A stretch of DNA of 64,000 bases from NCBI GenBank assembly GCA_039917735.1, contig JBDSIY010000102.1:3888-67887 (forward strand). The letters are read 5' to 3'. The DNA comes from Novosphingobium sp. Lineage in GTDB: Bacteria > Pseudomonadota > Alphaproteobacteria > Sphingomonadales > Sphingomonadaceae. The stretch's first letter is position 1. Every line of letters begins with the position of its first letter. The notes beneath the pieces are model-generated. The model worked only from the letters and a program-made list of their open reading frames with translations. It had not been told where the DNA came from and did not search any database. Below, one piece after another: positions 36,964 through 46,240 of the stretch. The position numbers and the translations under genes were made by a program.

Positions 36964-37428
36964 CTATGCCTCCGCCTCGCAGATGGCGATGAGTTGATCG
37001 GCGCAGGCGCCCCAGCCATCGGCGAAGCCCATCTCCGCGTGCTGCTTCATCGCCTCCTCGGTCCAGTGCCGCGCCCGGGCGGTGTAGCGCGTGCCCGAAC
37101 CTTCCGGCGCGATCTCCCAGGAGCCGATCATGAAAGGGCCGGCCGGGGTGAAATCGCCGTCAACGATCACCGCCGCGTCGGTGGTGACGAAGCGGCGGCC
37201 CTCGTCATAGGCGAGGTAAATGCCGTTCTGCGGTTCGCGCTCGCCGTCTGGGCCGTAAAAGGTCATATCGCACCGGCCGCCGGGACGGCGATCCTGATGG
37301 TCGATCTTGGCGTGCCACGGGGTGGGGCACCACCAATCCTCCTGGCGCGCCGTCATCACTTCCCAAACTTTCTCGGGCGTGGCGGCGATGAAGCGGGTCA
37401 GGCTCAGTTCGTAGGGAGCGACGGTCAT
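36964..37428 (-). CDS. SRPBCC/Aha1-like domain protein
   Basis: ELSLTRFIAATPEKVW...DRRPGGR...GFADGWGACADQL. Confidence 0.9.
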   Translation of the reverse strand: MTVAPYELSLTRFIAATPEKVWEVMTARQEDWWCPTPWHAKIDHQDRRPGGRCDMTFYGPDGEREPQNGIYLAYDEGRRFVTTDAAVIVDGDFTPAGPFMIGSWEIAPEGSGTRYTARARHWTEEAMKQHAEMGFADGWGACADQLIAICEAEA

Positions 37429-37814
37429 GCGGTCTTCTCCGTACCGTAGGGCGTGGTGATCAGTTCGAGCAAATGGCCGTCGGGATCGGGGAAATAGACG
37501 CCGCGGCCGCCGTCGTTGTGGTTGATCTCGCCGGGGCGGCTTCTCGCCGGGTCTGCCCAGAAGGGCAGGGCGCGCGCCTCGATCAGCGCCATCGCCGCAT
37601 CGAAGCGCACGTCGTCGACGAGGAACGCATAGTGCTGCGGCGCAACCGCGCCTTCCTTCCGCATGAAGTCGAGCGAGACGCCGTTCGCCAGTTGCACGAC
37701 CATGAAGTGGTAGAACGGCTTGGGGGACGGCAGTCCGAGCATCTCGGCGAGGAAGGCCGAGGAGCGCTGGTTGTCGGCGCACCAGATGATCGTGTGGTTG
37801 AGCTCGGCCGCCAT
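37425..37814 (-). CDS. VOC (glyoxalase/bleomycin resistance) family protein
   Basis: LNHTII, QHYAFLV, GRGVYFPDPDGHLLELIT. Confidence 0.92.
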   Translation of the reverse strand: MAAELNHTIIWCADNQRSSAFLAEMLGLPSPKPFYHFMVVQLANGVSLDFMRKEGAVAPQHYAFLVDDVRFDAAMALIEARALPFWADPARSRPGEINHNDGGRGVYFPDPDGHLLELITTPYGTEKTA

Positions 37815-37823
37815 TGCGCGTTC

Positions 37824-38495
37824 TCAGTCCCGATCCGGTGCGCCAAGCGGGAAGCCGGAGCGATAGGGCCGCGCCGCCTCGACGCAGCGGGATACCGGCG
37901 GCAGCGCCAGCAGATGCTCGCGCCACGCCTTCAGGCGCGGGAAGGCGTCGGCAATCGGCTCCACCCAGTCGGCGTAGAACAACGAGGGCGCGGCAGCGCA
38001 TTCGATCAACGTCACCCGATCGGGCGCCTGATGATAGGACGGTAGCCAGCCTTCAAGCCACGCGTAGCTCTTGCGCAGCTTGGCCCGCGATTCCGCCACG
38101 CGCGTCGCGTCGGGATGGACGCGATCGCGCAGATATTCGTTCACCACGGCCTGCATCGGAGCCATCACGTAATTGTCGAATACGCGGTCGAGCATCCGCG
38201 CGCACAGCGCCGCGTCGGGATCGCTGGGGAGCAGCGACACCTGCGGCGACAGTCGAACATGGGCATATTCGATGATCGAAGTCGCCTCGAAGATAACCTC
38301 GCCGCCGTCGACCAGCACCGGGAACAGGCCGAAGGGCCCGCCTTGCGTCGTCACGAAGGCGTAATTTTCCGGGTGGTTGGGGTCGATGATCCGGAACTCG
38401 GGTTCGATCCCCGCCGCGTCGAGCGCGATTTGCGCCTTCCAGGTATAGGACGAGAACGGGTGCCCGTAGAGCGCGAGAGCCGGCGCGGCCGTCAT
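37824..38495 (-). CDS. Glutathione S-transferase family protein
   Basis: LYGHPFSSYTWK, FPVLVD, EATSIIEY, AAPSLFYADW. Confidence 0.9.
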   Translation of the reverse strand: MTAAPALALYGHPFSSYTWKAQIALDAAGIEPEFRIIDPNHPENYAFVTTQGGPFGLFPVLVDGGEVIFEATSIIEYAHVRLSPQVSLLPSDPDAALCARMLDRVFDNYVMAPMQAVVNEYLRDRVHPDATRVAESRAKLRKSYAWLEGWLPSYHQAPDRVTLIECAAAPSLFYADWVEPIADAFPRLKAWREHLLALPPVSRCVEAARPYRSGFPLGAPDRD

Positions 38496-38983
38496 GCCGG
38501 ATCGCCGCGCCGCGCTGCTTCGATCGCGGCGATGTCGATCCGCTTCATCGTCATCATCGCCTCGAACACGCGCTTGGCGACGGCCGGGTCGGGATCCGTG
38601 GTGCCCTCGCTCAGCACGCGCGGGGTGATTTGCCAGGAGAGGCCCCAACGGTCCTTGCACCAGCCGCAGTTGCTCTCCTCGCCGCCGTTGCCGACGATCG
38701 CGTCCCAATAGCGGTCTGTTTCCGCCTGGTCCTCGGTCGTCACCTGGAAGGAAAAGGCCCAGCTGTGCGGGAACTGCGGCCCGCCGTTTAGGCCGATGCA
38801 GGGGATGCCCATCACCGTGAACTCGACGACCAGCACATTGCCCTGCTTCCCCTCGGGGTAGTCACCGGGCGCGCGCTGGACGCTCTCCACATTCGTGTCC
38901 GGGAACGTCGAGGCGTAGAAATTCGCCGCGTCCTCGGCGGTGCCGTCGTACCACAGGCAGATGCGGTTCTTGGGGAGGCTCAT
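38492..38983 (-). CDS. VOC family PhnB / 3-demethylubiquinone-9 3-methyltransferase-like protein
   Basis: ICLWYD.TAEDAANFY, LNGGPQF, CGWCKDRWGLSWQITP, MKRIDIAAIE. Confidence 0.92.
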   Translation of the reverse strand: MSLPKNRICLWYDGTAEDAANFYASTFPDTNVESVQRAPGDYPEGKQGNVLVVEFTVMGIPCIGLNGGPQFPHSWAFSFQVTTEDQAETDRYWDAIVGNGGEESNCGWCKDRWGLSWQITPRVLSEGTTDPDPAVAKRVFEAMMTMKRIDIAAIEAARRGDPA

Positions 38984-39606
38984 TGCTTCATCTCCGCGAT
39001 CAGGGCGTTATCGACTGCCTTGGCGGCCTGGTAGGCAGGCCGCGCCTGCAGCCGCTCGGCATAGGCGACGAAGGACTCGCTCGGCGGCACCGTGCCGAAG
39101 TTGAGTCCCCAATCGACCGCGCTGCCGACATAGACGTCCGCCATGGTGAAGCGCTCGCCGCAGACCCAGCTCCGGCCTTTGAGGTGGCTTTCGAGCGCGG
39201 CCATGGTGCGATCGAAGCTGCCCCAACCAGCCATCGTCTGCTGTTCGGGCTTGGGCTCGAAGCCGAAGTTGCGGGCGGTAATCGCCTGCTCAACGGGCCC
39301 GGCGGCGAAGAAGGTCCAGCGCAGATAGTCGGCCCACTCGGCCGCGGCCGGCAGCAGTCCTGCCGCCGGATGCGTCTGCGCCAGATAAAGGCAGATCGCC
39401 GCCGCCTCGGTGATGGTGCGGTCGCCGCCCGGTGCATGGTGGACGATGGCCGGCACCTTGCCCATCGGGTTGACCGCGAGCAGCGCCTCGCGCCTGCCCT
39501 CCCGGGTGACGATCGCCTGCTCGTAATCGGCGCCGGCTTCGTGCAGTGCCCAGCGGGCGATCTGGCCGCGCGACATCGGATGAGTGAAAAAGGTGAATTC
39601 GGCCAT
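38980..39606 (-). CDS. Glutathione S-transferase family protein
   Basis: HPMSRGQIARWALHE, NPMGKVPAI, EAAAICLYLA, FTMADVYVG. Confidence 0.92.
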   Translation of the reverse strand: MAEFTFFTHPMSRGQIARWALHEAGADYEQAIVTREGRREALLAVNPMGKVPAIVHHAPGGDRTITEAAAICLYLAQTHPAAGLLPAAAEWADYLRWTFFAAGPVEQAITARNFGFEPKPEQQTMAGWGSFDRTMAALESHLKGRSWVCGERFTMADVYVGSAVDWGLNFGTVPPSESFVAYAERLQARPAYQAAKAVDNALIAEMKQ

Positions 39607-39623
39607 CGTCGATCTCCCTGGGC

Positions 39624-40424
39624 TTACTCTCCCTTCGGCCCGACCAGTCCGAAGCTCGCCCCCTGTGGATCGATGGCGACGATGACCCAGTCGCCGCCGG
39701 GAACCTCCATCGGCCCCCGCAGCACCGTGCCGCCCTTGTCCTCGACAACCTGTTTGGCAGCGGCGATCGAGGGCACGCCGAAGTAGAATAGCCACAGCGC
39801 CGGCTGACCTTCGCTCTGGCGCTGCATGATCGCGCCGAGGGTTTGGCCATGGTGACTGATGAAGCAATACTCGCCCATCTCGCCCATCGGCATCTTGTCG
39901 TTGAACTCAAAGCCGAAATGCTTGTGGTAGAACTTCATCGACCCGGCCTGGTCAGGGCTGGAAAGCTCGTTCCAGCGGACGTGCTGTGGCTTGACGGGAT
40001 CGAACACGTCGCTCGCCATGTCCTCGCTGCCCGCCGGGGGCTTGGGCCGCATGATGTAGATCGGGATGCTCTGGGGATCGAGCACCATGGCGATCTTGCC
40101 GACGTCGATTTCGACCGTCGGCATCAGCGCCCGTCCGCCCTCCGCCTCGATCGCGGCGACCTCGGCATCGACGTTGTTCACGTTGAAGTATGGCATCCAG
40201 CACGGCCGCGATCCGCTGTTGGTCATCTCTTGGGTCAGCCGCAGCACGCCGCCGAGGTGTCCGCCATCGGAACGGAGGATGTGGCGGTAGTCGAGCGCGG
40301 CGGCGCCGGGATCGGACTCGCGGGTGATCGTCCAGCCGACGACCGTGCCGTAGAATTCGGCGGCGGAGTCGGGATCGGGGGTCATCAATTCGTACCAGAT
40401 GAAGCTGCCGACGGGGTTGGCCAT
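39624..40424 (-). CDS. Two-domain VOC/glyoxalase protein
   Basis: FIWYELMTPD, WMPYFNV, WNELSSPD, DPQGASFGLVG. Confidence 0.9.
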   Translation of the reverse strand: MANPVGSFIWYELMTPDPDSAAEFYGTVVGWTITRESDPGAAALDYRHILRSDGGHLGGVLRLTQEMTNSGSRPCWMPYFNVNNVDAEVAAIEAEGGRALMPTVEIDVGKIAMVLDPQSIPIYIMRPKPPAGSEDMASDVFDPVKPQHVRWNELSSPDQAGSMKFYHKHFGFEFNDKMPMGEMGEYCFISHHGQTLGAIMQRQSEGQPALWLFYFGVPSIAAAKQVVEDKGGTVLRGPMEVPGGDWVIVAIDPQGASFGLVGPKGE

Positions 40425-40428
40425 GAAT

Positions 40429-41151
40429 TCAGTCTCCTAGGGTGACGACAGGCTGGAAGCCGCCGAAGATCATCCGCGTGCCGTCGAAGGGTATAATCTC
40501 GGGCGCGGCGGACTGCATCTGCTCGGCAGCCGTATCGCAGACCTCGCGCGATGGCCACTCGACAAAGGCGAATACGATGCGCTCATCGCCCTCGGCTTTC
40601 ACCGTGCGGAAAAAGTCGGTCTGCTTGCCCTGAGGCACGTCGTCCTGCCACGCTTCGACCACCCGCAGCGCACCATGTGTCGCGAACGAGTCCCAAACCT
40701 CTTCCGCCATTTTGCGATAGGCTTCCTTGTTAGCCTCCGGAACTGGAACGACGAAGCCCTGGATATAGCTGCCCCTGGTAGGCTTGCCCTGCTCGACGAT
40801 CGGCTCGAACCCGCCGTGAATCATCCGCGCGCCGTCGAAAGGCATCGGATTCTTCTCGGGACTGAAGCGTTCGTCCGACGCCATGATCTCACCCATACGT
40901 TCACTGAACGCCTGGCGGGTCGGCTTGTCCGGCCACTCGATCCAGCTGAACACCATCGATTCGTCATCCCGGGCCTGGACGGCGCCGAAGAAATCGGTGG
41001 TCTTGCCCCTGGGCACGTCCTCCTGCCAGCATTCCACGATCCGGGTCGCGCCGTGATCGATGAACACACCGTCGCCCAGGTTGGCGTGGTCGATGAACTT
41101 CTGCTTGTTGGCGGTCGGTACCGCGATCACGAAGCCTTCAATATAGCTCAC
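40429..41151 (-). CDS. Tandem DUF1428 (YbaA) protein
   Basis: Two repeats of YI.GFV..VP.ANK..............GA.R.VE.WQ.DVP.GK.TDF...V....DE..VF...EWP...PFDG.RMI.GGF; GTG start. Confidence 0.9.
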   Translation of the reverse strand: MSYIEGFVIAVPTANKQKFIDHANLGDGVFIDHGATRIVECWQEDVPRGKTTDFFGAVQARDDESMVFSWIEWPDKPTRQAFSERMGEIMASDERFSPEKNPMPFDGARMIHGGFEPIVEQGKPTRGSYIQGFVVPVPEANKEAYRKMAEEVWDSFATHGALRVVEAWQDDVPQGKQTDFFRTVKAEGDERIVFAFVEWPSREVCDTAAEQMQSAAPEIIPFDGTRMIFGGFQPVVTLGD

Positions 41152-41828
41152 GCCGGTTCTCCCTGAGTCTGTGCGGAGCCAAAGCCGGCGAGTTGATCGG
41201 CGAGCGCCTGCTGAAACGCGGGACGCGCTTCGCCGCGTGCCTGATAAGCCGCGAGCCCGGGGAAGCCGGCGACGATGTCGGTGTGCCGCAAATTGCGCAG
41301 CACCGTCACCATGATGATGTCGGCGACGGTGAATTGCCCGGCCAGCCACGCGCGGTCGCCGAACGCGTCTGAAAGGCTCTTCAGCCGCTGCTCAGCCAGC
41401 GCCACGGCGGCGGGGCGGGCGGCGGCGGCCCAGTCCTTGCCGCGGTAGAAGAAGTCATAGGCGACGATCTGCATCAGGATCGGCTCGACGCTGTTGAGCC
41501 CGGCGATCAGCCATTCGATCGCCTGCCAGCGGGTGTCGGGATCGCGCGGCAACAGCCGTTCGTCCTGCTCGCCCAGGTAAAGCAGGATCGCGCCGCTCTC
41601 GAACAGCCGGCGCTCGCCATCGTTGAACGCCGGAACCTGGCCGAACGGCTGCCACTGCCGATAGGAGTCGGGTCTGGGACTCATCGCATCGAACAGCTCC
41701 GTGCGATAGGGCCGGCCGATCTCTTCGCAGGCCCAGCGCACGCGGATGTCGCGGACGATCCCGTGCGCCATCTCGGGGGCGTTGGCGAAACCGGTGACGA
41801 TGGTGGCTGCGTTACTGTCGAGCGGCAT
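41148..41828 (-). CDS. Glutathione S-transferase family protein
   Basis: VRDIRVRWACEE, QPFGQVP, LFESGAILLYL, FTVADI. Confidence 0.92.
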   Translation of the reverse strand: MPLDSNAATIVTGFANAPEMAHGIVRDIRVRWACEEIGRPYRTELFDAMSPRPDSYRQWQPFGQVPAFNDGERRLFESGAILLYLGEQDERLLPRDPDTRWQAIEWLIAGLNSVEPILMQIVAYDFFYRGKDWAAAARPAAVALAEQRLKSLSDAFGDRAWLAGQFTVADIIMVTVLRNLRHTDIVAGFPGLAAYQARGEARPAFQQALADQLAGFGSAQTQGEPA

Positions 41829-41851
41829 TGTGGGTCTCCTTCTCGCCGGGA

Positions 41852-42280
41852 TCAGGCCACTTGCGGCAACTCGGCATCGCCGCTGGCTACTGAGGGGTCC
41901 ATCCACATCGGCTCCCAGACATGGCCGTCGGGGTCAGCGAAGGTGCGGCTCATCATGAAGCCGTGATCCTGCGCCGGATTGATGTCCGCCGTGCCGCCGT
42001 TCGCGCCCGCCGCGTCGGCGAGGCGGTTGACCTCGTCGCGATCTTCGCAACTGATGCAGAGCATGACCTCGCTCGATCCATTGTCGGGGATCGGCCGGGT
42101 CGTGAACGTGCGCCACTTTTCATGCGTCAACAGCATCACGAAGATCGCGTCGCTGCACACCATGCAGGCGGCGGTCGCGTCGGTGAAGCGCGGCTCGTTG
42201 GTGAAGCCGAGGGCCTGGTAGAACCGCATCGCACCCGGCAGGTCGGCGACGGGAAGGTTTATGAAGATCATGCGGGGCAT
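41852..42280 (-). CDS. VOC family (lactoylglutathione lyase-like) protein
   Basis: MIFINLPVADL, FYQALGF, DHGFMMSRTFADPDGHVWE. Confidence 0.92.
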   Translation of the reverse strand: MPRMIFINLPVADLPGAMRFYQALGFTNEPRFTDATAACMVCSDAIFVMLLTHEKWRTFTTRPIPDNGSSEVMLCISCEDRDEVNRLADAAGANGGTADINPAQDHGFMMSRTFADPDGHVWEPMWMDPSVASGDAELPQVA

Positions 42281-42341
42281 GGCGTTTCTCCTTTGCGGGG
42301 GACGGGCGATGCGAATCAGCTTGCGCCACCGTGGCCGTCGG

Positions 42342-42379
42342 AGTTACAAAAGGCAACCATGAAGTTACGGAAGGAAACC
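42342..42379. promoter_or_regulatory. Tandem imperfect palindromes overlapping the HxlR start (candidate operator)
   Basis: AGTTAC-AAAAG-GCAACC (42342-42358) and AGTTAC-GGAAG-GAAACC (42363-42379), 21-bp period. Confidence 0.5.
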
Positions 42380-43042
42380 GAGAATCGCCGCCACGGCAGG
42401 TGGTACGATGACGCCTGCGGCACGGCCTTCGCACTGGAGTTGATCGGCGAACGCTGGTCGCTGCTGATTGTCCGCGAGTTGATGCTCGGTGGCCGGAGAT
42501 TCACAGAGCTTCGCGCCGGGCTGCCCGGTATCAGCGCCAAGGTGCTGACCGAGCGGCTGGCAGGCCTGGAAGGCGCAGGGATCCTGCGTCGCCGCAAGCT
42601 TGCACCGCCGGCCGCTTCGCAAATCTACGAATTGACGCCTTGGGGCTATGCCGCCGAGGAGCCGGTCAAGCTGCTCGGCGCGTGGGCGGCGAAGTCGCCG
42701 AAACATGATCCGACGCTACCGCTTTCGCCCGCCTCTTTCATGATCAGCCTGCGGACGATGTTCGATCCGGCGTTGGCCGAGGGGTTGTTGGTGTCGGGAG
42801 CATTGAACATCGGCGACGAGTCATTCTTGGTCGCAGTCGCGAGTAGCGCGCTCCGCGCTGAGCGGGGGGACATTGACGCGCCAGATTTCACCTTGTCGGC
42901 GCCGACTGCCACGCCGCTGGCTGCAGCGGTCTACGGCAAGGTCCCCGTCGAGGCCCTCGCCGGAGCCGGCGTTCGCTTGGCGGGCGACCCGGCCGCAATC
43001 GGGCGCTTTATCGACCTCTTCCACCTGCCTGCAAAGGTTTAG
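42359..43042 (+). CDS. HxlR-family winged-helix regulator with C-terminal SCP2-like domain
   Basis: YDDACGTAFALELIGERWSLLIVREL..G.RRF..LR..LPGIS.KVLTERL...YELTPWG. Confidence 0.92.
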   Translation: MKLRKETENRRHGRWYDDACGTAFALELIGERWSLLIVRELMLGGRRFTELRAGLPGISAKVLTERLAGLEGAGILRRRKLAPPAASQIYELTPWGYAAEEPVKLLGAWAAKSPKHDPTLPLSPASFMISLRTMFDPALAEGLLVSGALNIGDESFLVAVASSALRAERGDIDAPDFTLSAPTATPLAAAVYGKVPVEALAGAGVRLAGDPAAIGRFIDLFHLPAKV

Positions 43043-43274
43043 AACCTCGCGCCGTGCGTGCGGCCTGCCTCCGAATCCAAGCTCGATCCCCAGCAATTTT
43101 GCTGGAACCCCCGTTTGTAGCCAAAGGGCGGCGGCGCCCCCTTGCCGGTTTACACGTAAATACGCACGTAAACATATGTTAACAACAACTTGCCGTTGAC
43201 GACCCCTCCCCTTGCAACGTAATTGTCGGTCTCACGCAACTTCGGCTTGAAAACCGAAGGTCTGGGGGCAGACT

Positions 43275-44144
43275 ATGAACAAAAATACGCTTTTGGCGGC
43301 GGCCGTCGCTGTGACTTCGATCTTCTCCAATCCCGCGAACGCCGCCACGGTGGTGACAAGTGGCGCTTATGCCGCCTCCGCGAGCATCAGTGCCGCAGGA
43401 GTGGTTAAGGCCTCTGCGCTCTTTGCGCCTGCTTTCGGCACCGCGCTTCCCAATTACGACGACCTCGCCACGCTCCTGACGATCAACCAGAGCGCCCTTC
43501 TCGTGGCGCCTGTCCTGGCCAACGGGTTTACCTCCGCAACCGAGTCGCTGAAAACCGATGCGGTGTCCGCGCACGCTTACTCGTCGTTTCCCACAGCGAC
43601 CGGCATAGCCAACATCGACAACGCCAAATTCTCGTTGGGTACCAGCACGACGGTGGGGCTGCCTTTGACTGCCCTGGGCATTTCCGCCAGCGCGATCTCG
43701 TCGACCACCTCTGCCGGTGTGACCGGCTCCACCCAGTTTGCCACGGGGAACTCGGCGCTCGCCGGTCTGAGTGTCACCGGTTCGGTGCTCGGACTGCTGA
43801 CGATCGACGGATCACTCTACAGCAATCCCAGCCCGAACACCGTCCTGTTCAACCTGCTCGGGGTCAAGGTCGTCCTGAATGAGCAGCAGACCGTCCAGAA
43901 CGCAACAAGCACTTCGATGTTCACGAACGCAATCCACGTTTTCCTGAGCGATTTTCTTCTGGACGGTAGGTTGCTCAATGGTGACGTCATCGTGGGCCAC
44001 TCCCAGGCTTCCGTCGTCGGCTTTGTTTCGCCGGTAGGCGGGGTGCCCGAGCCCGAGACCTGGGCCTTGATGATGCTCGGTTTCGGCCTTGTCGGCGGGT
44101 CGCTACGCGCCCGCCATCGCCAGGCCGCGTTATTGCGGGCCTGA
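43275..44144 (+). CDS. PEP-CTERM (PEPxxWA) sorted surface protein, choice-of-anchor P-like
   Basis: Signal peptide; Ser/Thr/Gly-rich beta region (PSPNTVL...KVVLNEQ...NAIHV); VPEPETWALMMLGFGLVGGSLRARHR. Confidence 0.9.
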   Translation: MNKNTLLAAAVAVTSIFSNPANAATVVTSGAYAASASISAAGVVKASALFAPAFGTALPNYDDLATLLTINQSALLVAPVLANGFTSATESLKTDAVSAHAYSSFPTATGIANIDNAKFSLGTSTTVGLPLTALGISASAISSTTSAGVTGSTQFATGNSALAGLSVTGSVLGLLTIDGSLYSNPSPNTVLFNLLGVKVVLNEQQTVQNATSTSMFTNAIHVFLSDFLLDGRLLNGDVIVGHSQASVVGFVSPVGGVPEPETWALMMLGFGLVGGSLRARHRQAALLRA

Positions 44145-44426
44145 GCTCTCGGGAGGCCAAGTCGCTCACGCGGTACAGGGATCGAGCGACGCAGCGTTGA
44201 TAAGCTGCACGCCTGTCGGCGCGGTTAATGGCCGCGCCGACGAGACGCATGGCCGGCCGTGTCTTCAGGGGCAATCGCAGCGCTCATGGGTTGTGCCGGC
44301 TAGCGAAGCAGATCACTTCGCCCGATTGAAGGCACGATATGCCGCAGCCGGACCGCGTCGGATTAACAAATCTATATGTTTACCGCTATATAATGAGGAA
44401 AAGTAAGGGTCGGAGGGTCGGGGCGC

Positions 44427-45035
44427 ATGGCTGGTATCGAGGTCTTCGATCACATTCTGGACGAGGTTTCCCACCACACCCTGTGGGACCTCCTCGCCGC
44501 GCCGGGATGGAAGTTTGGCGCATATTCCGACAGCGCCGCCGATGCCCCGCGCTATTACTACAAGCACTTCGCCGGATACAGCAGCAGCGGCATCGAGGCG
44601 CGCGATCCCGCAGGGATTGCCGGGGAGCTGCGCGCCAACTGCGCCCCGCTCCATCGGATGTGGCAGGGCATCGTGCAGGCCTTGCTGCCCGGCCAGTGGC
44701 TGAGCCGATGCTACGCGAATTCGATGCCCCCCGGCGTCGGTGGCGGCATCCACCGGGATTCGCTGGATCCCGCGCACCTGACGCTGATCTATTACCCACA
44801 GCTCGCCTGGTCGCCGGAAGAGGGCGGCGAGACGCTGTTCTTTGACGAGAGCGAGACGCGGGTGATCGGTCGGGTCGAGCCGCGGCCCAACCGGTTGGCG
44901 GTATTCCCGGGCGTGATTCCGCACCGGGCCGAGCCGATCGGCGTGGATGCGCCCGCCAACCGCATCACGCTAATGTTCAAGACGCTTGGGCGCTGCGGAG
45001 CGGGCCAGGCGGGGTCGGTCGGGCATGATCGCTGA
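44427..45035 (+). CDS. 2OG-Fe(II) oxygenase superfamily protein
   Basis: IHRD (HxD), [20 protein letters not shown] (distal His), R.TL.FK. Confidence 0.88.
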   Translation: MAGIEVFDHILDEVSHHTLWDLLAAPGWKFGAYSDSAADAPRYYYKHFAGYSSSGIEARDPAGIAGELRANCAPLHRMWQGIVQALLPGQWLSRCYANSMPPGVGGGIHRDSLDPAHLTLIYYPQLAWSPEEGGETLFFDESETRVIGRVEPRPNRLAVFPGVIPHRAEPIGVDAPANRITLMFKTLGRCGAGQAGSVGHDR

Positions 45036-45079
45036 ATGAATGTTGCAGCACCCCGGCCGCGCGTATAGGCGCGGCCCCG

Positions 45080-46072
45080 ATGACCGACATTCCCAATTTC
45101 CACAGCGACAGCCGCGCCGCCACGATCCTTGCCGCGCCGGACCTGGAGCTCAATGTGCGCGACCTGTTCGGGATCGATACCGATATGAAGGTGCCGGCCT
45201 TCTCCGAGGCGGATGAGCGGGTCCCCGATCTCGACGAAAGCTATGTCTTCGATCCGGATACGACGCTGGCGATCGTCGCCGGCTTTGCCTTCAACCGGCG
45301 AGTGATGGTGCAGGGCTATCACGGCACCGGCAAGTCGACGCATATCGAGCAGGTCGCGGCCCGGCTCAAATGGCCGTGCATCCGCATCAACCTCGACGCG
45401 CACATCAGCCGCATCGACCTGATCGGCCGCGACGCGATCGTGCTGCGCGACGGCTTGCAGGTCACCGAATTCCGCGAGGGCCTGCTGCCCTGGGCGCTGC
45501 AGACGCCGACCGCGCTGGTGTTCGACGAGTACGACGCCGGCCGGCCCGATGTGATGTTCGTGATCCAGCGCGTGCTGGAAACCGAGGGCAAGCTGACGCT
45601 GCTCGACCAGAACCGGGTGATCCGCCCGAATCCGTCGTTCCGCCTGTTCGCCACCGCCAACACCGTCGGCCTGGGCGACACTTCTGGCCTCTATCACGGC
45701 ACCCAGGCGATCAACCAGGGCCAGATGGACCGCTGGAACATCGTCGTCGGCCTCAACTACCTGGCGCCGGCGGTGGAGTGCGAGATCGTCCGCAGCAAGG
45801 TGGACGGAATCGAGGACGCGATGATCGCCGACATGGTCAAGGTCGCCGACCTCACCCGCCAGGGGTTCATCAACGGCGACATCTCGACGGTGATGAGCCC
45901 GCGCACGGTGATCACCTGGGCGCAGAACACCCGCATCTTCAAGGACGCCGGCTTCGCCTTCCGCCTCTCCTTCCTTAACAAATGCGACGAGACCGAGCGG
46001 ATGCTGGTCGCAGAATATTACCAGCGGGTTTTCGGGACTGACCTGCCGGAAAGCGTGGTGGGGAAAAGCTGA
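45080..46072 (+). CDS. cobS: Cobaltochelatase subunit CobS (AAA+ ATPase)
   Basis: [35 protein letters not shown]-like [17 protein letters not shown]. Confidence 0.95.
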   Translation: MTDIPNFHSDSRAATILAAPDLELNVRDLFGIDTDMKVPAFSEADERVPDLDESYVFDPDTTLAIVAGFAFNRRVMVQGYHGTGKSTHIEQVAARLKWPCIRINLDAHISRIDLIGRDAIVLRDGLQVTEFREGLLPWALQTPTALVFDEYDAGRPDVMFVIQRVLETEGKLTLLDQNRVIRPNPSFRLFATANTVGLGDTSGLYHGTQAINQGQMDRWNIVVGLNYLAPAVECEIVRSKVDGIEDAMIADMVKVADLTRQGFINGDISTVMSPRTVITWAQNTRIFKDAGFAFRLSFLNKCDETERMLVAEYYQRVFGTDLPESVVGKS

Positions 46073-46185
46073 GCTTTCCTTAGCCGCATCGGTCCGCCGA
46101 CTCCACCGGGTGCGACACGCCGACGCAACCCCGGCGAACGAAAGGCAGTGGCCGAAAGTAAGGCCTAGGACTGGGCGGCCGCCGC

Positions 46186-46214
46186 TTGCGCGGGGGGAAA
46201 CAGAGGTTTACAAT
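46186..46214 (+). promoter_or_regulatory. Sigma70-type promoter
   Basis: TTGCGC-N17-TACAAT followed by a GGGAGAG RBS before ATG 46241. Confidence 0.55.
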
Positions 46215-46240
46215 CGGGACAAACAAGAAGGGAGAGAGTC

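Noticed and set aside
44384-44392. CGCTATATA ModE half-sites here and at ~60263-60271
   Set aside because: No convincing second half-site; better explained as -10 promoter elements.
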